A stretch of 64,000 nt of DNA from Candidatus Multivoradales bacterium (GTDB lineage Bacteria; Acidobacteriota; Thermoanaerobaculia; Multivoradales; Multivoraceae). Location of the stretch: NCBI GenBank assembly GCA_965223325.1, contig CBDCWI010000002.1:3136001-3200000 (forward strand), written 5' to 3'. The position numbers were made by a program, and so were the translations under genes. The notes under the pieces were generated by a model. It searched no databases and had not been told where the DNA came from. It saw nothing but the letters and a program-made list of their open reading frames with translations. Positions 10,040 through 20,074 of this stretch are shown here, piece after piece (the stretch's first letter is position 1; every line of letters begins with the position of its first letter).

Positions 10040-11178
10040 CCTCCTCCGGTCGACCGTGGGGAGCCACAGAGCTCGAAGTTCGCCAGCTCGCGAAGCCGGT
10101 GATCGGTGACCGCAACACGAAGCGAGTCCCCTGCCTCGAGGTTGTCCGCAATCGGAGTCGGCACGACCCAGCGCGACGGCGGCCTGTCCGACAGACACTC
10201 ACCCACCGCGGGAACCCCGCTCGGCTCGGGCGAGACTTCGACCCATAGATCTCGCGTCGTCGCCTGTTCAGCGACGGCGTCGAGGTCCAACTCGAAATCG
10301 CACACTTCGAAGGTGCCCTCCGGGCGGGCGGCGGCCTGGCCGGACGCGGCACCAGCGAGAAGTTCGAGCAGCCGCGCTCCGAGTCTCCCGTAGCGCTCGC
10401 GCCGGAAGCGGCGCGCAGACTGCTCAAACCAGGCACTCGCCAGGGGCTCGTGCCGGGTGCTGCGCGCGTGAAGGTGGACGGCGACCGCATCAGGAACGTA
10501 GAAGGCGGGCACTCCGGCCGCCCGAGCGCGCATCAACCACTCCGTTTCCTCGAAGTAGAGCTGGTAGCGGCGGTCGAACGGCCCAATTCGCCCGAGAATC
10601 GCACGCGGAAACGCCAGCAACGCTCCGGAGAGGGCGTGCGACTCGAGCGCCCTCGTGGTTTGCCAGTGTCGGCGCGCGTGACGCCGGAACCGCTCGGCGG
10701 CGCTTCTCTGCGCCCAGCGACCGGCGCTTCCTGGCCGGCCTGCCAAAGCCCCCAGGAGGGCATCTGGCCAGGCGTGAGAGTCCGCCGGAGGCATCATCAA
10801 GCGGCGCGCTTCTGTCCAGTAGAACCTCGGCCCCGCGATGCTCTGGCTGTCGGGATCAGCGGCGACCAACCTTAGGAAGCAGTCGTCGTCGACTAGAACG
10901 TCTGGGTTCATCGCCACCAGCCACCCCGCCTCCGAGCGCTCGATGCCGTAGTTCAGGCCACCGGCGTAACCGAGATTCTCCGGCGCCTCGAGAACCCGAA
11001 CGAAGTGGCCACACGCGTCCCGGCCGCTGAGTCCGTCGAGGCTCCCGGGGGCGGAACCATTGTCGACGACGATGAGCTCACCACCACCAACGGGCACAAG
11101 TGCCCGCGATGCGGCAGCAAGGGCCCTTCGCAAGAGCTGCGGCGTCTGGTAGTGGACGAGGATGACCGCCCGTTTCAC
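10036..11178 (-). CDS. glycosyltransferase family 2
   Basis: ILVHY, VVDNGS, NLGYAGGLN, MNPD, YFEETEW. Confidence 0.9.
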   Translation of the reverse strand: MKRAVILVHYQTPQLLRRALAAASRALVPVGGGELIVVDNGSAPGSLDGLSGRDACGHFVRVLEAPENLGYAGGLNYGIERSEAGWLVAMNPDVLVDDDCFLRLVAADPDSQSIAGPRFYWTEARRLMMPPADSHAWPDALLGALAGRPGSAGRWAQRSAAERFRRHARRHWQTTRALESHALSGALLAFPRAILGRIGPFDRRYQLYFEETEWLMRARAAGVPAFYVPDAVAVHLHARSTRHEPLASAWFEQSARRFRRERYGRLGARLLELLAGAASGQAAARPEGTFEVCDFELDLDAVAEQATTRDLWVEVSPEPSGVPAVGECLSDRPPSRWVVPTPIADNLEAGDSLRVAVTDHRLRELANFELCGSPRSTGGG

Positions 11179-11342
11179 CGAAGCTGCTCTCCGTGCGATG
11201 GGCCCGACTCGAAGTTTCGCGTTGGCATCACGCCCGCATTCTGCCAGCCCCAGAGAGGGGGCGCGTCTGGGATCTCCGGTCGTCGGGCGAACGTGGGTGG
11301 CGACAGGCCACCCACGTACGGCGCGGGCTCGATGGGCCGCGG

Positions 11343-14300
11343 CTAGAGGTCGTCTTCGCTACAGGGCAGAGCGAGGGTGTCGGTGATCGCAGGCGACCGG
11401 GTGCCCAGCGGATTGCGATAGATCACGCTCTCGCCAGTCACCGTGTCGGTGACCTTCATCGTGTACTTCTGGTCGGTGGTCGACGCCGCGAACACCCAGA
11501 AGTGCTCGGTCTGGCTGCAGCCATCGAGAACTTTGACCAACATCTCCCAGTTCCGTTCGTTGAAGAACCAGAACAGGCCCGAGTCGGAGGTGGCCAACGG
11601 AACGACATTAGCCTTCCCAGAATCGCCTTGTTGGTTGGTCCAGTTGACGAAGATCTCGAAGCGCCCGCTACGCAGACACATCTTCTTGCTCGAGGCCGTG
11701 CATGTGCCGCCGGTCGACTGGCCGACGGTAATCTTCTGCGTGATGGTCGCGGTGCAGAAGCGGAACGGCTGACAAGCCGCATCGACTTTCGAGATTTCGA
11801 GGGTGACGGTATAGGTCCCTGGCTCGCTGTAGGTGTGCGCGATCTTCGCGACTTCCGAACCTCCCGATGCTTCCTCACCATCTCCGAAGAACCAATGGAA
11901 GCTCTCGGCGTTACCGGCGCTACCCGTGGCGTCGAAATTCACCGTCTGGCCAGCTGCTGGAGCCGGCACGTCGAGCGTGAACTGCGGGTCGAGGCCACCG
12001 TTGCCATCGGGCGGAGTCACTCCGCCGGAGTCCTCACGCACTGAAACCGATTTCGAGCGCGAGACGCTCGTGCAACCGCCGTTGGTTGGCGTAACCGAGA
12101 TCGACTTGGCGCCGATGGTGTCCCACGAAAGAGTGACGGTGCGCGTCGTGAGCGGACCACTCGAAGTGGCAGTTCCAACCGTCCAGGCCCAGGCGGTGGG
12201 TGCTGGGGTGCAATCGCGAGCCGTGGCGGTAAAGGTGGCCGTGGCGTCCACTACGACCGAGGACGGGCCGGAGATGGTGACCGAGGGATCGGCCGGCGGT
12301 GGCGTACCCGTTCCGATCCGGATCGTGTCGCTGTGGGTGAACGTCACACTGGCACCGCCTCGAACGGCGGTCACCCGCGGCTTGAAGTCACCGTTCGTGG
12401 TGTAGGTGTGGTTGATCGACGAGTCGCGCGCCGGGTCATTGATCGTCTCGTCGATCGAGCCGTTGCCGTCCCAATCGAGGTCGACTCGTTCCGGCGAGCC
12501 CCCGAGTCCGAGGTTGAAGGCGACTGGCGTACCGGCATTGGCAAAGCACAGCCCGCTCGAGCAGAAAGGAATCTGCGCTTTGAACTGACGAACCTCGAGG
12601 ACCTCGACGTTGTTGACGACCACAGTGGTCGAGGTCGACCGTTGACCGTCACGACAGTTGGAGACCGTGACCGTCACCTCGTAGGTGCCCACCGCGGTGT
12701 ACTGGTGGGTCGGGTTCGGCCCGGCGAGGGGGTCGCTCGAGGAGAAGGTGTCGCCGTCGCCGAAGTTCCAGTCCCATTGCGTAGCGCCGGCAGCCGCGAC
12801 CTGGAAGTCGACTTCACCGAAATCAGGCGAGCCGGCCGTGATCTGTGGATCACCGAGATCAGCGAGTGCCGTGACCTCGAAGTCGGAACTATTCACAGAC
12901 GCTTCTCCAACGTCGTTCTTGACCTTGACGCGCGCGAAGTAAGAACCGGCTGCCTGATCAGACGGAACGGTCCAGGAGAAGGTCTCTTCAGACCCGGTAG
13001 CCAGCGCACCGACTCCGGCCTGACGAGCACTCCACTGGTAGGTCAGCGGAGCGCGGCCGAGTACCGACTCGGCCTGGAAGGACACCGTTCCACACTGCGG
13101 AACCGACGAGACGTTGGCGGACACGGCATCAACCGACGGTCGCGGATCGAAGACCACGAAGTTTCTCGTCGACACATCGCAGCCGCTGTCGTTGCAAGCT
13201 TCCAGGCGCACCTGGTAGGTGCGCGGGTAGGCGCCCTCGTCGGGCACCAACCAGGAGGGGTTCTGAAGCGTGCTGTCAGGGGTCGTGTCGTTGGCAAAAT
13301 CGAACCACCACGTCCAGCTGGTCGGATTGCGACTCGAACTGTCGATGAAGCTGACGCTGTCGCCGCCGTAGACGTTTTCACCGGGGAGCTCGAAGTCGGC
13401 CTGTGGGGGCAGGTTGCCAATGACCTCGTGAATATCGAAGATCGACCAGGCCGCCCGGTAGACGCGGCCACCCCGCACCGCCGCACCGTAGGGGGCGACG
13501 TTGCGAAAACCCGTTGAGTTGTCCTGGTAGTACCAGCCCCAGTAACCATCAGGATGAGACTGCGGGGTCAGGTCCTTTGGAGCCGTGGGCACCGCCATGT
13601 CGAACAGGTACTCACGCTGCGGGCCCGAGCCGAAAGCGCTGCGGGTGCCAGCGAACAGGTAGGGAACGCCCTGATCAAACGAATACTGCAGGCGGTTGGT
13701 CTTGGTCGGAATGTTGGCGGCGTTGGGCCCGCCGGGTGTGCTGATCGTGGTGACTGCCCGCATGTTGCAGGAGCCCCCAGTGAGGCACGGCACCTCGTAG
13801 ACCTCCACTTCCTGCCCTGTGGCAAACGCGGTGTAGAGCCGCCCGGCGTGCAACCAGGTTTCCAGGTCGAGCGAGTTCGAGCCACCGGTCGCAACCAGCC
13901 TTGCATTGGTTGGCAGGGACACGTCCCAGACCTGAGGCACGCCAGCACTTCCGGTTGTCAAGAGGTACTTACCGGAGACTGCAATCAGCCGGTTGCTTTG
14001 CACCGGAACACCGGCCGAGCTGACCTGGCCAATGTAGACCCCCGGACACATCAGTTCGTTCTGCTGCGTGCCCTCGTAGCAGTTGGTCGTGAGATCGAGC
14101 ACCGCCGACATGTCATAGGCAAAGATGTTCTTGCTCTGGGCGACGGCGAAACCGACATGGCGCCCGTTGATCGTGGTCGCCTCGACGTCGAGAATCGTCA
14201 GGACCTCACCGCTGCCGACACCTTTGCGTCCTTCGTCCTGGTAGCGCAGCTTCATCGCGACAGGGTTGGTCGTATCGAGAATGATCACACCCATGCCGCC

Positions 14301-14759
14301 TTCGATACCGCCGATCACGACATCGTCAACACCCGGCGGTGCGGCCACCGAGCGGATGTAGAAGTCTTGATCCGTGCGCTTCCACGGTCCGAGTGTGGGC
14401 GTGCAAATGCGCCCCGCGACCTCGGGATCGTCGGGGTTGACGTTGAGCGGCCATACCTCGATCTGGTTCCCGCCAACGGCAAACAAGAGGTTGCCCTGGG
14501 CGGCGACGTCGGTGTACATCGGAACCTGGCAACCGGGCTCGAAGTTGAACTGGTAGCTGGTTTGATCCGAGATGATGCCGCGTGGCTCGAGCCCGCCCCA
14601 GCGATCAGAGGGAACGACGGCGGCTGGCGAACAGACTTCGCAGTTGTCAGCGGCTGAACCAGGCGTGGCGGCTAACAGCAAAAGGACGACGGCGAGAAGA
14701 AGGAGCGTCAGTGGGCCACGATGAGCACGTAAAGGTTGTGCTCGAGGGTAGGAAGGCAT
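11343..14759 (-). CDS. large secreted PKD-domain surface protein with C-terminal Cys-bracketed domain
   Basis: signal peptide; propeller-like N-terminus; several PKD repeats (WDWNFGDG, WFFGDG, HTYSEPGTYTVTL); terminal CL..GRF...SGLFWFF..NWEMLVKVLDGC...YRNP domain. Confidence 0.85.
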   Translation of the reverse strand: MPSYPRAQPLRAHRGPLTLLLLAVVLLLLAATPGSAADNCEVCSPAAVVPSDRWGGLEPRGIISDQTSYQFNFEPGCQVPMYTDVAAQGNLLFAVGGNQIEVWPLNVNPDDPEVAGRICTPTLGPWKRTDQDFYIRSVAAPPGVDDVVIGGIEGGMGVIILDTTNPVAMKLRYQDEGRKGVGSGEVLTILDVEATTINGRHVGFAVAQSKNIFAYDMSAVLDLTTNCYEGTQQNELMCPGVYIGQVSSAGVPVQSNRLIAVSGKYLLTTGSAGVPQVWDVSLPTNARLVATGGSNSLDLETWLHAGRLYTAFATGQEVEVYEVPCLTGGSCNMRAVTTISTPGGPNAANIPTKTNRLQYSFDQGVPYLFAGTRSAFGSGPQREYLFDMAVPTAPKDLTPQSHPDGYWGWYYQDNSTGFRNVAPYGAAVRGGRVYRAAWSIFDIHEVIGNLPPQADFELPGENVYGGDSVSFIDSSSRNPTSWTWWFDFANDTTPDSTLQNPSWLVPDEGAYPRTYQVRLEACNDSGCDVSTRNFVVFDPRPSVDAVSANVSSVPQCGTVSFQAESVLGRAPLTYQWSARQAGVGALATGSEETFSWTVPSDQAAGSYFARVKVKNDVGEASVNSSDFEVTALADLGDPQITAGSPDFGEVDFQVAAAGATQWDWNFGDGDTFSSSDPLAGPNPTHQYTAVGTYEVTVTVSNCRDGQRSTSTTVVVNNVEVLEVRQFKAQIPFCSSGLCFANAGTPVAFNLGLGGSPERVDLDWDGNGSIDETINDPARDSSINHTYTTNGDFKPRVTAVRGGASVTFTHSDTIRIGTGTPPPADPSVTISGPSSVVVDATATFTATARDCTPAPTAWAWTVGTATSSGPLTTRTVTLSWDTIGAKSISVTPTNGGCTSVSRSKSVSVREDSGGVTPPDGNGGLDPQFTLDVPAPAAGQTVNFDATGSAGNAESFHWFFGDGEEASGGSEVAKIAHTYSEPGTYTVTLEISKVDAACQPFRFCTATITQKITVGQSTGGTCTASSKKMCLRSGRFEIFVNWTNQQGDSGKANVVPLATSDSGLFWFFNERNWEMLVKVLDGCSQTEHFWVFAASTTDQKYTMKVTDTVTGESVIYRNPLGTRSPAITDTLALPCSEDDL

Positions 14760-14924
14760 CAGAGGATCTCCAGGTGCAAGCAGACTGCAGAAAGTAGGAA
14801 AGTGGGCGGGGGGTAAGTCGAGCGCACAACGCCCGTCGAGGCAGGGCCCCGAATATGCCGAAATATCATATCGAAGCCCGTTTACAAGAACAACACTCCG
14901 AAGGACCGGAGCTCCCAGGAAAGC

Positions 14925-14960
14925 AAAAAAGAGACCCGACCTTACGGCCGGGCCTCTCTT
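14925..14960 (-). terminator. Rho-independent terminator after the S-layer-like gene
   Basis: minus strand AAGAGAGGCCCGGCC-GTAA-GGTCGGGTCTCTTTTTT hairpin with U-tract; a second hairpin at about 14987-15022. Confidence 0.7.
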
Positions 14961-15035
14961 CGACTGCTCGCGGAGGAGCGGTCACCGAACTCCCGCCACC
15001 TATGAGGGGGCAACGGGAGTTCTATGTCACAACCT

Positions 15036-16310
15036 CTAGTTGCTGAGGTTGTTCAGCTGAATGGCGTCGTAGCCAACGCTGAACTGACCCAGGGCGTCGG
15101 CGACTGCGACGACGTAGGCCTGGTTCTGCTCAGCCGGGTTGGCACCCGAAGCCTGGTCGAGGTCCAGGAGGAGCCAGCCGAAGTTGGCGTTGACCGTGAG
15201 GTCAGTGCCGACGACCGTCCGGTTGGACTCCCAGGGGAACGGAGTTTCCGCATCCGCTGGGGGAAGACCAGAAGGACCACCGGTGACGACGGTGAGCGGG
15301 TTCTCCTGCTCATCGAAGACGGTGATGCCAGCCTGGGTGAACGGCATGTTGGCCGGGGCGCTGCCACAGGCTACCGGAGCGTTGGCGGGGTCGCCGGGAT
15401 CGCGATAGCTGAGGAGGTTCGTACCACCGTCGAAGTCACCACCCGCGAGGTAGCGAACTGCGAACTCACTGCCGAGCGCTTCACGGTTGTCGGCGCCGGG
15501 CTGACCGGCGGCGTCCGTGTAGCGGCAGTAGAACGTCTGCGGGTTGCCGTCGACCACGCAAGCGTTGAGGCTAGCGTCGGCTTCGACATGCACGAGGGTG
15601 AAGCCCTGGGCGAACGCGTTGGCGCGGTCGATCAGGAAGTAGTCACCCCAGAGGACGTTCAGGTTGTTGGCGATACCAACGCCACCATCCGAGAAGTAGT
15701 TCGCACTGTTCGGGAACTCGAGCGAGCAATCGGTGACGGAATCGATCGTGATGTAACCACGAGCGAGGGTGCCATCGCCTGCTGCCGAGGTGCAGTTACC
15801 GCCACCGATGTCGGTGCCGGAGAGTTCCGCCTGGAGGAGGGCAATGAAGCCATCCGGAAGCGGCTGCGTGTAGACCGGCGGCTGCGGGGGCGAGGTGCCC
15901 TGGTTGCAGTTCGCCGCGAAGGCTGCACCGAACGGGTTCGGAGCCGTCGAGAGTGAGCCAACGTTCGAGACATCAGGATGCGGACCGGTCTGCGGCAGGA
16001 TGCCGTTGACCAGCACGTTGCGCATGCTGATGGTCTGGACGTCGTAACCAGTGAGGTAGACATCGAAATCGAGCACCGGGATGGTGAACTCGGTCCAGAC
16101 GGTGATGTGGGCCAGAGCCGGGGCGGCCGAGGCGTTGTTGACGGAGAACAGGGTATCGATACCGCTGTTCGACGCAAGATCGACCTCGAAGTGGGGCAGG
16201 AGCAGCGTAGCGGCCGGAACGGCGTCAACCGTACCGAGCTCAGCAACAGCCTGGCCACCACCGAGAAGCACGAGGCTTCCGAGAGCGATCAGAATGACTA
16301 GCTTCTTCAT
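15036..16310 (-). CDS. secreted acidic beta-rich protein, S-layer/major surface protein-like
   Basis: AGGAG RBS before ATG at 16310; MKKLVILIALG..AVA signal peptide; Asn/Asp/Gly/Thr-rich; mature part lacks Lys; own terminator. Confidence 0.65.
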   Translation of the reverse strand: MKKLVILIALGSLVLLGGGQAVAELGTVDAVPAATLLLPHFEVDLASNSGIDTLFSVNNASAAPALAHITVWTEFTIPVLDFDVYLTGYDVQTISMRNVLVNGILPQTGPHPDVSNVGSLSTAPNPFGAAFAANCNQGTSPPQPPVYTQPLPDGFIALLQAELSGTDIGGGNCTSAAGDGTLARGYITIDSVTDCSLEFPNSANYFSDGGVGIANNLNVLWGDYFLIDRANAFAQGFTLVHVEADASLNACVVDGNPQTFYCRYTDAAGQPGADNREALGSEFAVRYLAGGDFDGGTNLLSYRDPGDPANAPVACGSAPANMPFTQAGITVFDEQENPLTVVTGGPSGLPPADAETPFPWESNRTVVGTDLTVNANFGWLLLDLDQASGANPAEQNQAYVVAVADALGQFSVGYDAIQLNNLSN

Positions 16311-16539
16311 TTCAGACAATCTCCTTGGTGACGCCCGGTTTTGTCCTGGCGTCATCATTTCTTTCTTCTTTCTAAGTTCTGCCGCGCCTTCGAGGGCGCG
16401 GCGTCGAAGGGATTCATTGCCTTCGTCCTGCGTACCCATCACCTCCAGGTCAAGATTTCAACTGCATGTCGTTTCACATCGAACGAACGACAACCGCCAC
16501 CAGAGGCAACGGCCGCACCCGTTCACGGATACGGAAAAC

Positions 16540-16571
16540 TGGTATCGAAAAAGTTGGTTTGGTATCGAAAA
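16540..16571. promoter_or_regulatory. 12-bp direct repeat TGGTATCGAAAA x2 (20-bp period), candidate operator
   Basis: exact copies at 16540-16551 and 16560-16571 in an AT-richer intergenic region. Confidence 0.5.
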
Positions 16572-16748
16572 TCATCGCCGCGCTCCGGTTTGCTTCTTCG
16601 GTGATCGAGCAGATCGACGGTGACCGGGAAAACCGCGACTGGCGCAAGGTCTCACGTCGAGAAGAGCTACGGCTGAAAAGGCTCGGCATCCATCCTGGCT
16701 TTCATGCCCGGACGACGGGTAGCAGGGCCCATTCCCCTTGAGTCACGC

Positions 16749-16778
16749 ACCATACGGGCCGCAACGCTCACCTGTCAA
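16749..16778 (-). promoter_or_regulatory. candidate sigma70 promoter for the S-layer-like gene
   Basis: TTGACA-18 bp-TATGGT on the minus strand. Confidence 0.5.
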
Positions 16779-16892
16779 GTACTGAAGACAACAGATTCTA
16801 GGGCTGAAACCGCCAGAGCACGTCCTAGAGACCCGAACATCGGCATTTCTCAAGAGTTCAATAAGTTTACCTCGCCGCCGCTCGGCGAGCAA

Positions 16893-18560
16893 TCAAGGGC
16901 CAGCCGAGGCGGTGGCCGCAGCGGCGCTCGGCGCCGGCGACCAGACGAAGACGCCGCCCTGCCCCGGGCAACGGGGAGTGAAGCCGAGCAGCTTCTCACT
17001 CCCCGACTCACCGGCGAGGGTCTGCAGGACTTCGTCGCGGCCATCACCATCGAGGTCGGCAAGAGTGGTCTGGTAGCCACCGCACCACACGTGCTGAGGG
17101 CCAGCCGCCAGCTCGGGCGAGTCCTCGATCCGAAACCGTCCGTCGCCGATGCCGAGAAACGCCATGAGGCTGCCCTCGCGACCAGCGGCGACAAAGTCCA
17201 CCACGCCGTCGCCGTTGAGGTCACCGATACCGAGACTCGTCCAACCCGAACCGCGCGACTCTTCATAGAGCAGCTGGCGCTGGTAGCTGCGCCCCGTGCC
17301 GTCGTTCCAGTAGGCGTCAATGCCGCTGTACTCGACACCTCCAACCATCAAGCGAAAGGTGAGCAGGATGTCGATGTCGTTGTCACCATCGAGGTCGCCG
17401 GTCGCAACGCTGCGCACGATCTCACGGCGACGCAACTCGAGGTCGATGGTCTCGAAACCGACTTCGTCGGCATGAAAGTGGACCAGTCCCCTATCGCTCA
17501 ACGACTTGGTGTCGGTGACCAGCTCGGGATGCCCATCGCCATCGAGATCGGCGACCAGAACCTTGTCCCCGATCGCCAGATCGTTCTGATCGAGCGGAGC
17601 GGTCGTCCAGTTCCCTTTGCCATCGTTGAGAAAGAGGCGTTTGCCACGCAGCGTGTCGACGCCATCCATGAAAGCCTGAGGACTGCCCGCGCCCTCTGAG
17701 AGCGCCACGATGTCGGTTAAGCCATCGCGGTTCCAGTCGACGGCCGCGATCGCGCGTGAGCTGTAGGCGCCGGTCACTCTGCCGCGAGTGGGGGCCATCG
17801 GTAGGCCCTCACCCCAGATCTCGAACTCGCCCTTCTTGACCTGGCGGAACGACACCAGGCCACGCAGGTGGATCGCGAGCACCAGGTCGGGCAGACCGTC
17901 CTCGTCGAGGTCGGTGACCTCAACGTCACCGTAGTCCCACTCGAAGGCCGGCATTTTGGGCGACCAACGAGTGAACCCACCCTTGCCGTCGCCGAGGAAC
18001 ATCGGCGGGGCCACGAAGCTCTTGCGCGGCGGAGCGTGCACCATGTCGAGGTGGCCATCGGCGTTGATGTCTGCCAGGTCGAAGCCGTTGCGCCACTGGC
18101 CGCCCTCCGGCAAGCCAGCGAGCTTGGTGAACGTCAGGGTGTCGCCCTTCGCCATCGCCGGCGCCACTTCACCGCGCCAGTTCTCGGCGATCGTTGCCTC
18201 TCTGGCCGCCGGGTGTGGCTTCGGCTTGTAGAGCTTGATGTACAGAAAGTCGTCGTCGTGCGAGTGCACTGGCACGCGCGGCAGATGGGGCAGCCGAACC
18301 AACGTCTGCTCTTCGTTGAGAAAGCGGTAGCGACCCTCGATCTTGGGCACCTTCTCGAGCATGTAGGCCCCGCCCTCGTCCTCGAGCGGGTAGTCCAGCT
18401 CAGCGGCTGCCGGCACCGCCGCCGGCGCCGGAGCCTCCTGCGCGCGGACAGCCGTCGCAGGAAGCGAAAGGGCAAGCACCACGAACAGGCCGGCCCATGA
18501 CCAGCGCGCGACAGGACGCGGCTTCGGAAGGGAAAACGAGGGGTTCATCGGCTTCTCCAA
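16893..18560 (-). CDS. secreted FG-GAP/VCBS repeat beta-propeller protein
   Basis: signal peptide; seven DxxxDG-type repeats (DINADGHLD, DLDEDGLPD, DWNRDGLTD, DLDGDGHPE and others). Confidence 0.9.
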   Translation of the reverse strand: MEKPMNPSFSLPKPRPVARWSWAGLFVVLALSLPATAVRAQEAPAPAAVPAAAELDYPLEDEGGAYMLEKVPKIEGRYRFLNEEQTLVRLPHLPRVPVHSHDDDFLYIKLYKPKPHPAAREATIAENWRGEVAPAMAKGDTLTFTKLAGLPEGGQWRNGFDLADINADGHLDMVHAPPRKSFVAPPMFLGDGKGGFTRWSPKMPAFEWDYGDVEVTDLDEDGLPDLVLAIHLRGLVSFRQVKKGEFEIWGEGLPMAPTRGRVTGAYSSRAIAAVDWNRDGLTDIVALSEGAGSPQAFMDGVDTLRGKRLFLNDGKGNWTTAPLDQNDLAIGDKVLVADLDGDGHPELVTDTKSLSDRGLVHFHADEVGFETIDLELRRREIVRSVATGDLDGDNDIDILLTFRLMVGGVEYSGIDAYWNDGTGRSYQRQLLYEESRGSGWTSLGIGDLNGDGVVDFVAAGREGSLMAFLGIGDGRFRIEDSPELAAGPQHVWCGGYQTTLADLDGDGRDEVLQTLAGESGSEKLLGFTPRCPGQGGVFVWSPAPSAAAATASAGP

Positions 18561-18914
18561 GGGTGGAAACGTCTCTGAGGTTCCGGGTCAAAACGATATC
18601 TGGATCGCAGGCTGAAGGTGGACCGGCGGCCGCCGGACCAGGTGGGGGCGCGCGTGGAGCGCTGTCGCCGAGGCGTCCTGCACCCTCGACACTGTCTGAA
18701 CGCCCCTGCCCGAGACCGGTTCCGCACCGGGTGAGCACCGGCTCGGGGAGCGACCGCAGCGACGGGAGAGCGTAGAGGCCTCAGTCACGCACCCCCCGGA
18801 CGGGCCCCAGTGCTCTCGAGCATACGGAAAAGCCGCGGTTCTGATGGCGCGGAGTCTAGCAGTCCGGGACATGGAGCCGCGCCCTCGAGGGCCGCCAGGC
18901 ATCGCGCTCTCCGA

Positions 18915-18944
18915 TTGACCCGCTATGGCCTCCGGGCGTATGAT
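18915..18944 (+). promoter_or_regulatory. candidate sigma70 promoter for the TPR operon
   Basis: TTGACC-18 bp-TATGAT. Confidence 0.5.
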
Positions 18945-19029
18945 TCGGTGTTCTCCGCGTGGGTCCACACCGCTTCCTTTCGGTGGAACTCGCCTCAACC
19001 GATGCCTCCCAGGGCGATCGGTACTCCTT

Positions 19030-20067
19030 ATGACCGTCATCAACTTCCCCGCCCCGCCGTTCGCCGGACCACTCGCGTCCGAGCGCAAGAGGCGTTTGCC
19101 CACCGCCGCGCCGGAGGTTCCGTCGGCACCGATCGACGCCGCGCCTCAGTCCGCCGCTGGCGTCGACTGGCGGGCGCGTTTCGAAGGCCTGCGCGATCAG
19201 GCGCGCGAAGCGACGGCTGCGGGCGACCTGACCGGCGCACTCACGCTGCTCGAAGAAGCAGAGGAAGCAGCGCAGCTCACCGGTGACCCCGAGCTTCGGG
19301 ATCTGGCCCTTTGCAACCGGGCGGCCCTGGCGGTCGAGCTCGATCAGGCCGACGATCTGGTCGAACCCCTTCGCGCGGTGCTCAGCGAAGATCGTAAGGC
19401 CGACACTTCGATGCTGGCGGCCTACCAGCTGGGCCGCGCTTTCGAGCTCGCCGGCGACGCGCGCAAGGCGTGCTACTACGCTCGCCTGGCGTGTGACCGC
19501 TCGAATGAAGGTATCTCGGAGGGCATCGAGCCGGCTCATCGAGCAGCGGCTCGCAACCTGCTCGGCAACAGCCTGCTGGCGGAACATCAGACCGCCGAGG
19601 CGGTCCCGGTCTATCTCGAGGCTCTGGCCCTCATGCCGGCAGCCGATGAAGTCCGGCGTGCGCAGGTGGTCGAGAACCTCGGTTACTGCTTGCTACTCGA
19701 CGGGGCACTCGACCGCGCACTGCCATTGTTGTGGTGGAGCCTTCGCACCCAGCGTCGTTACGGCGCGCTGCGCAGCACCATCTCGACGCATATCGATCTC
19801 TGTTTCGCGCACCTCGAACGTGGCCGTCCCGCACAGGCCCGCCGTCACGGTGAGCGCGCCCTTGCGCTGGCGACCGAGTTCGAAGACACCCGCAACGAAC
19901 GTCATGCACTCTACCTGCTCGGCGAAGTCGCCGCCGAAGAAGGCAACGAACGGCTTGCCTTCGAGTGGTTCCAGGAGCTGCAGCAGCGCTTCTACCCCGA
20001 AGATCCGCAGATCGCCGGCCGCCTCCTGGCCGTTGGAATGCGCTCGATGGTGAACTTCAAGGCCTGA
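19030..20067 (+). CDS. tetratricopeptide repeat protein
   Basis: repeated helical units AYQLGRA, NLLGNS, ENLGYC, LYLLGEV; ATG at 19030 chosen because it lies downstream of the candidate promoter. Confidence 0.8.
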   Translation: MTVINFPAPPFAGPLASERKRRLPTAAPEVPSAPIDAAPQSAAGVDWRARFEGLRDQAREATAAGDLTGALTLLEEAEEAAQLTGDPELRDLALCNRAALAVELDQADDLVEPLRAVLSEDRKADTSMLAAYQLGRAFELAGDARKACYYARLACDRSNEGISEGIEPAHRAAARNLLGNSLLAEHQTAEAVPVYLEALALMPAADEVRRAQVVENLGYCLLLDGALDRALPLLWWSLRTQRRYGALRSTISTHIDLCFAHLERGRPAQARRHGERALALATEFEDTRNERHALYLLGEVAAEEGNERLAFEWFQELQQRFYPEDPQIAGRLLAVGMRSMVNFKA

Positions 20068-20074
20068 CCCGAAG

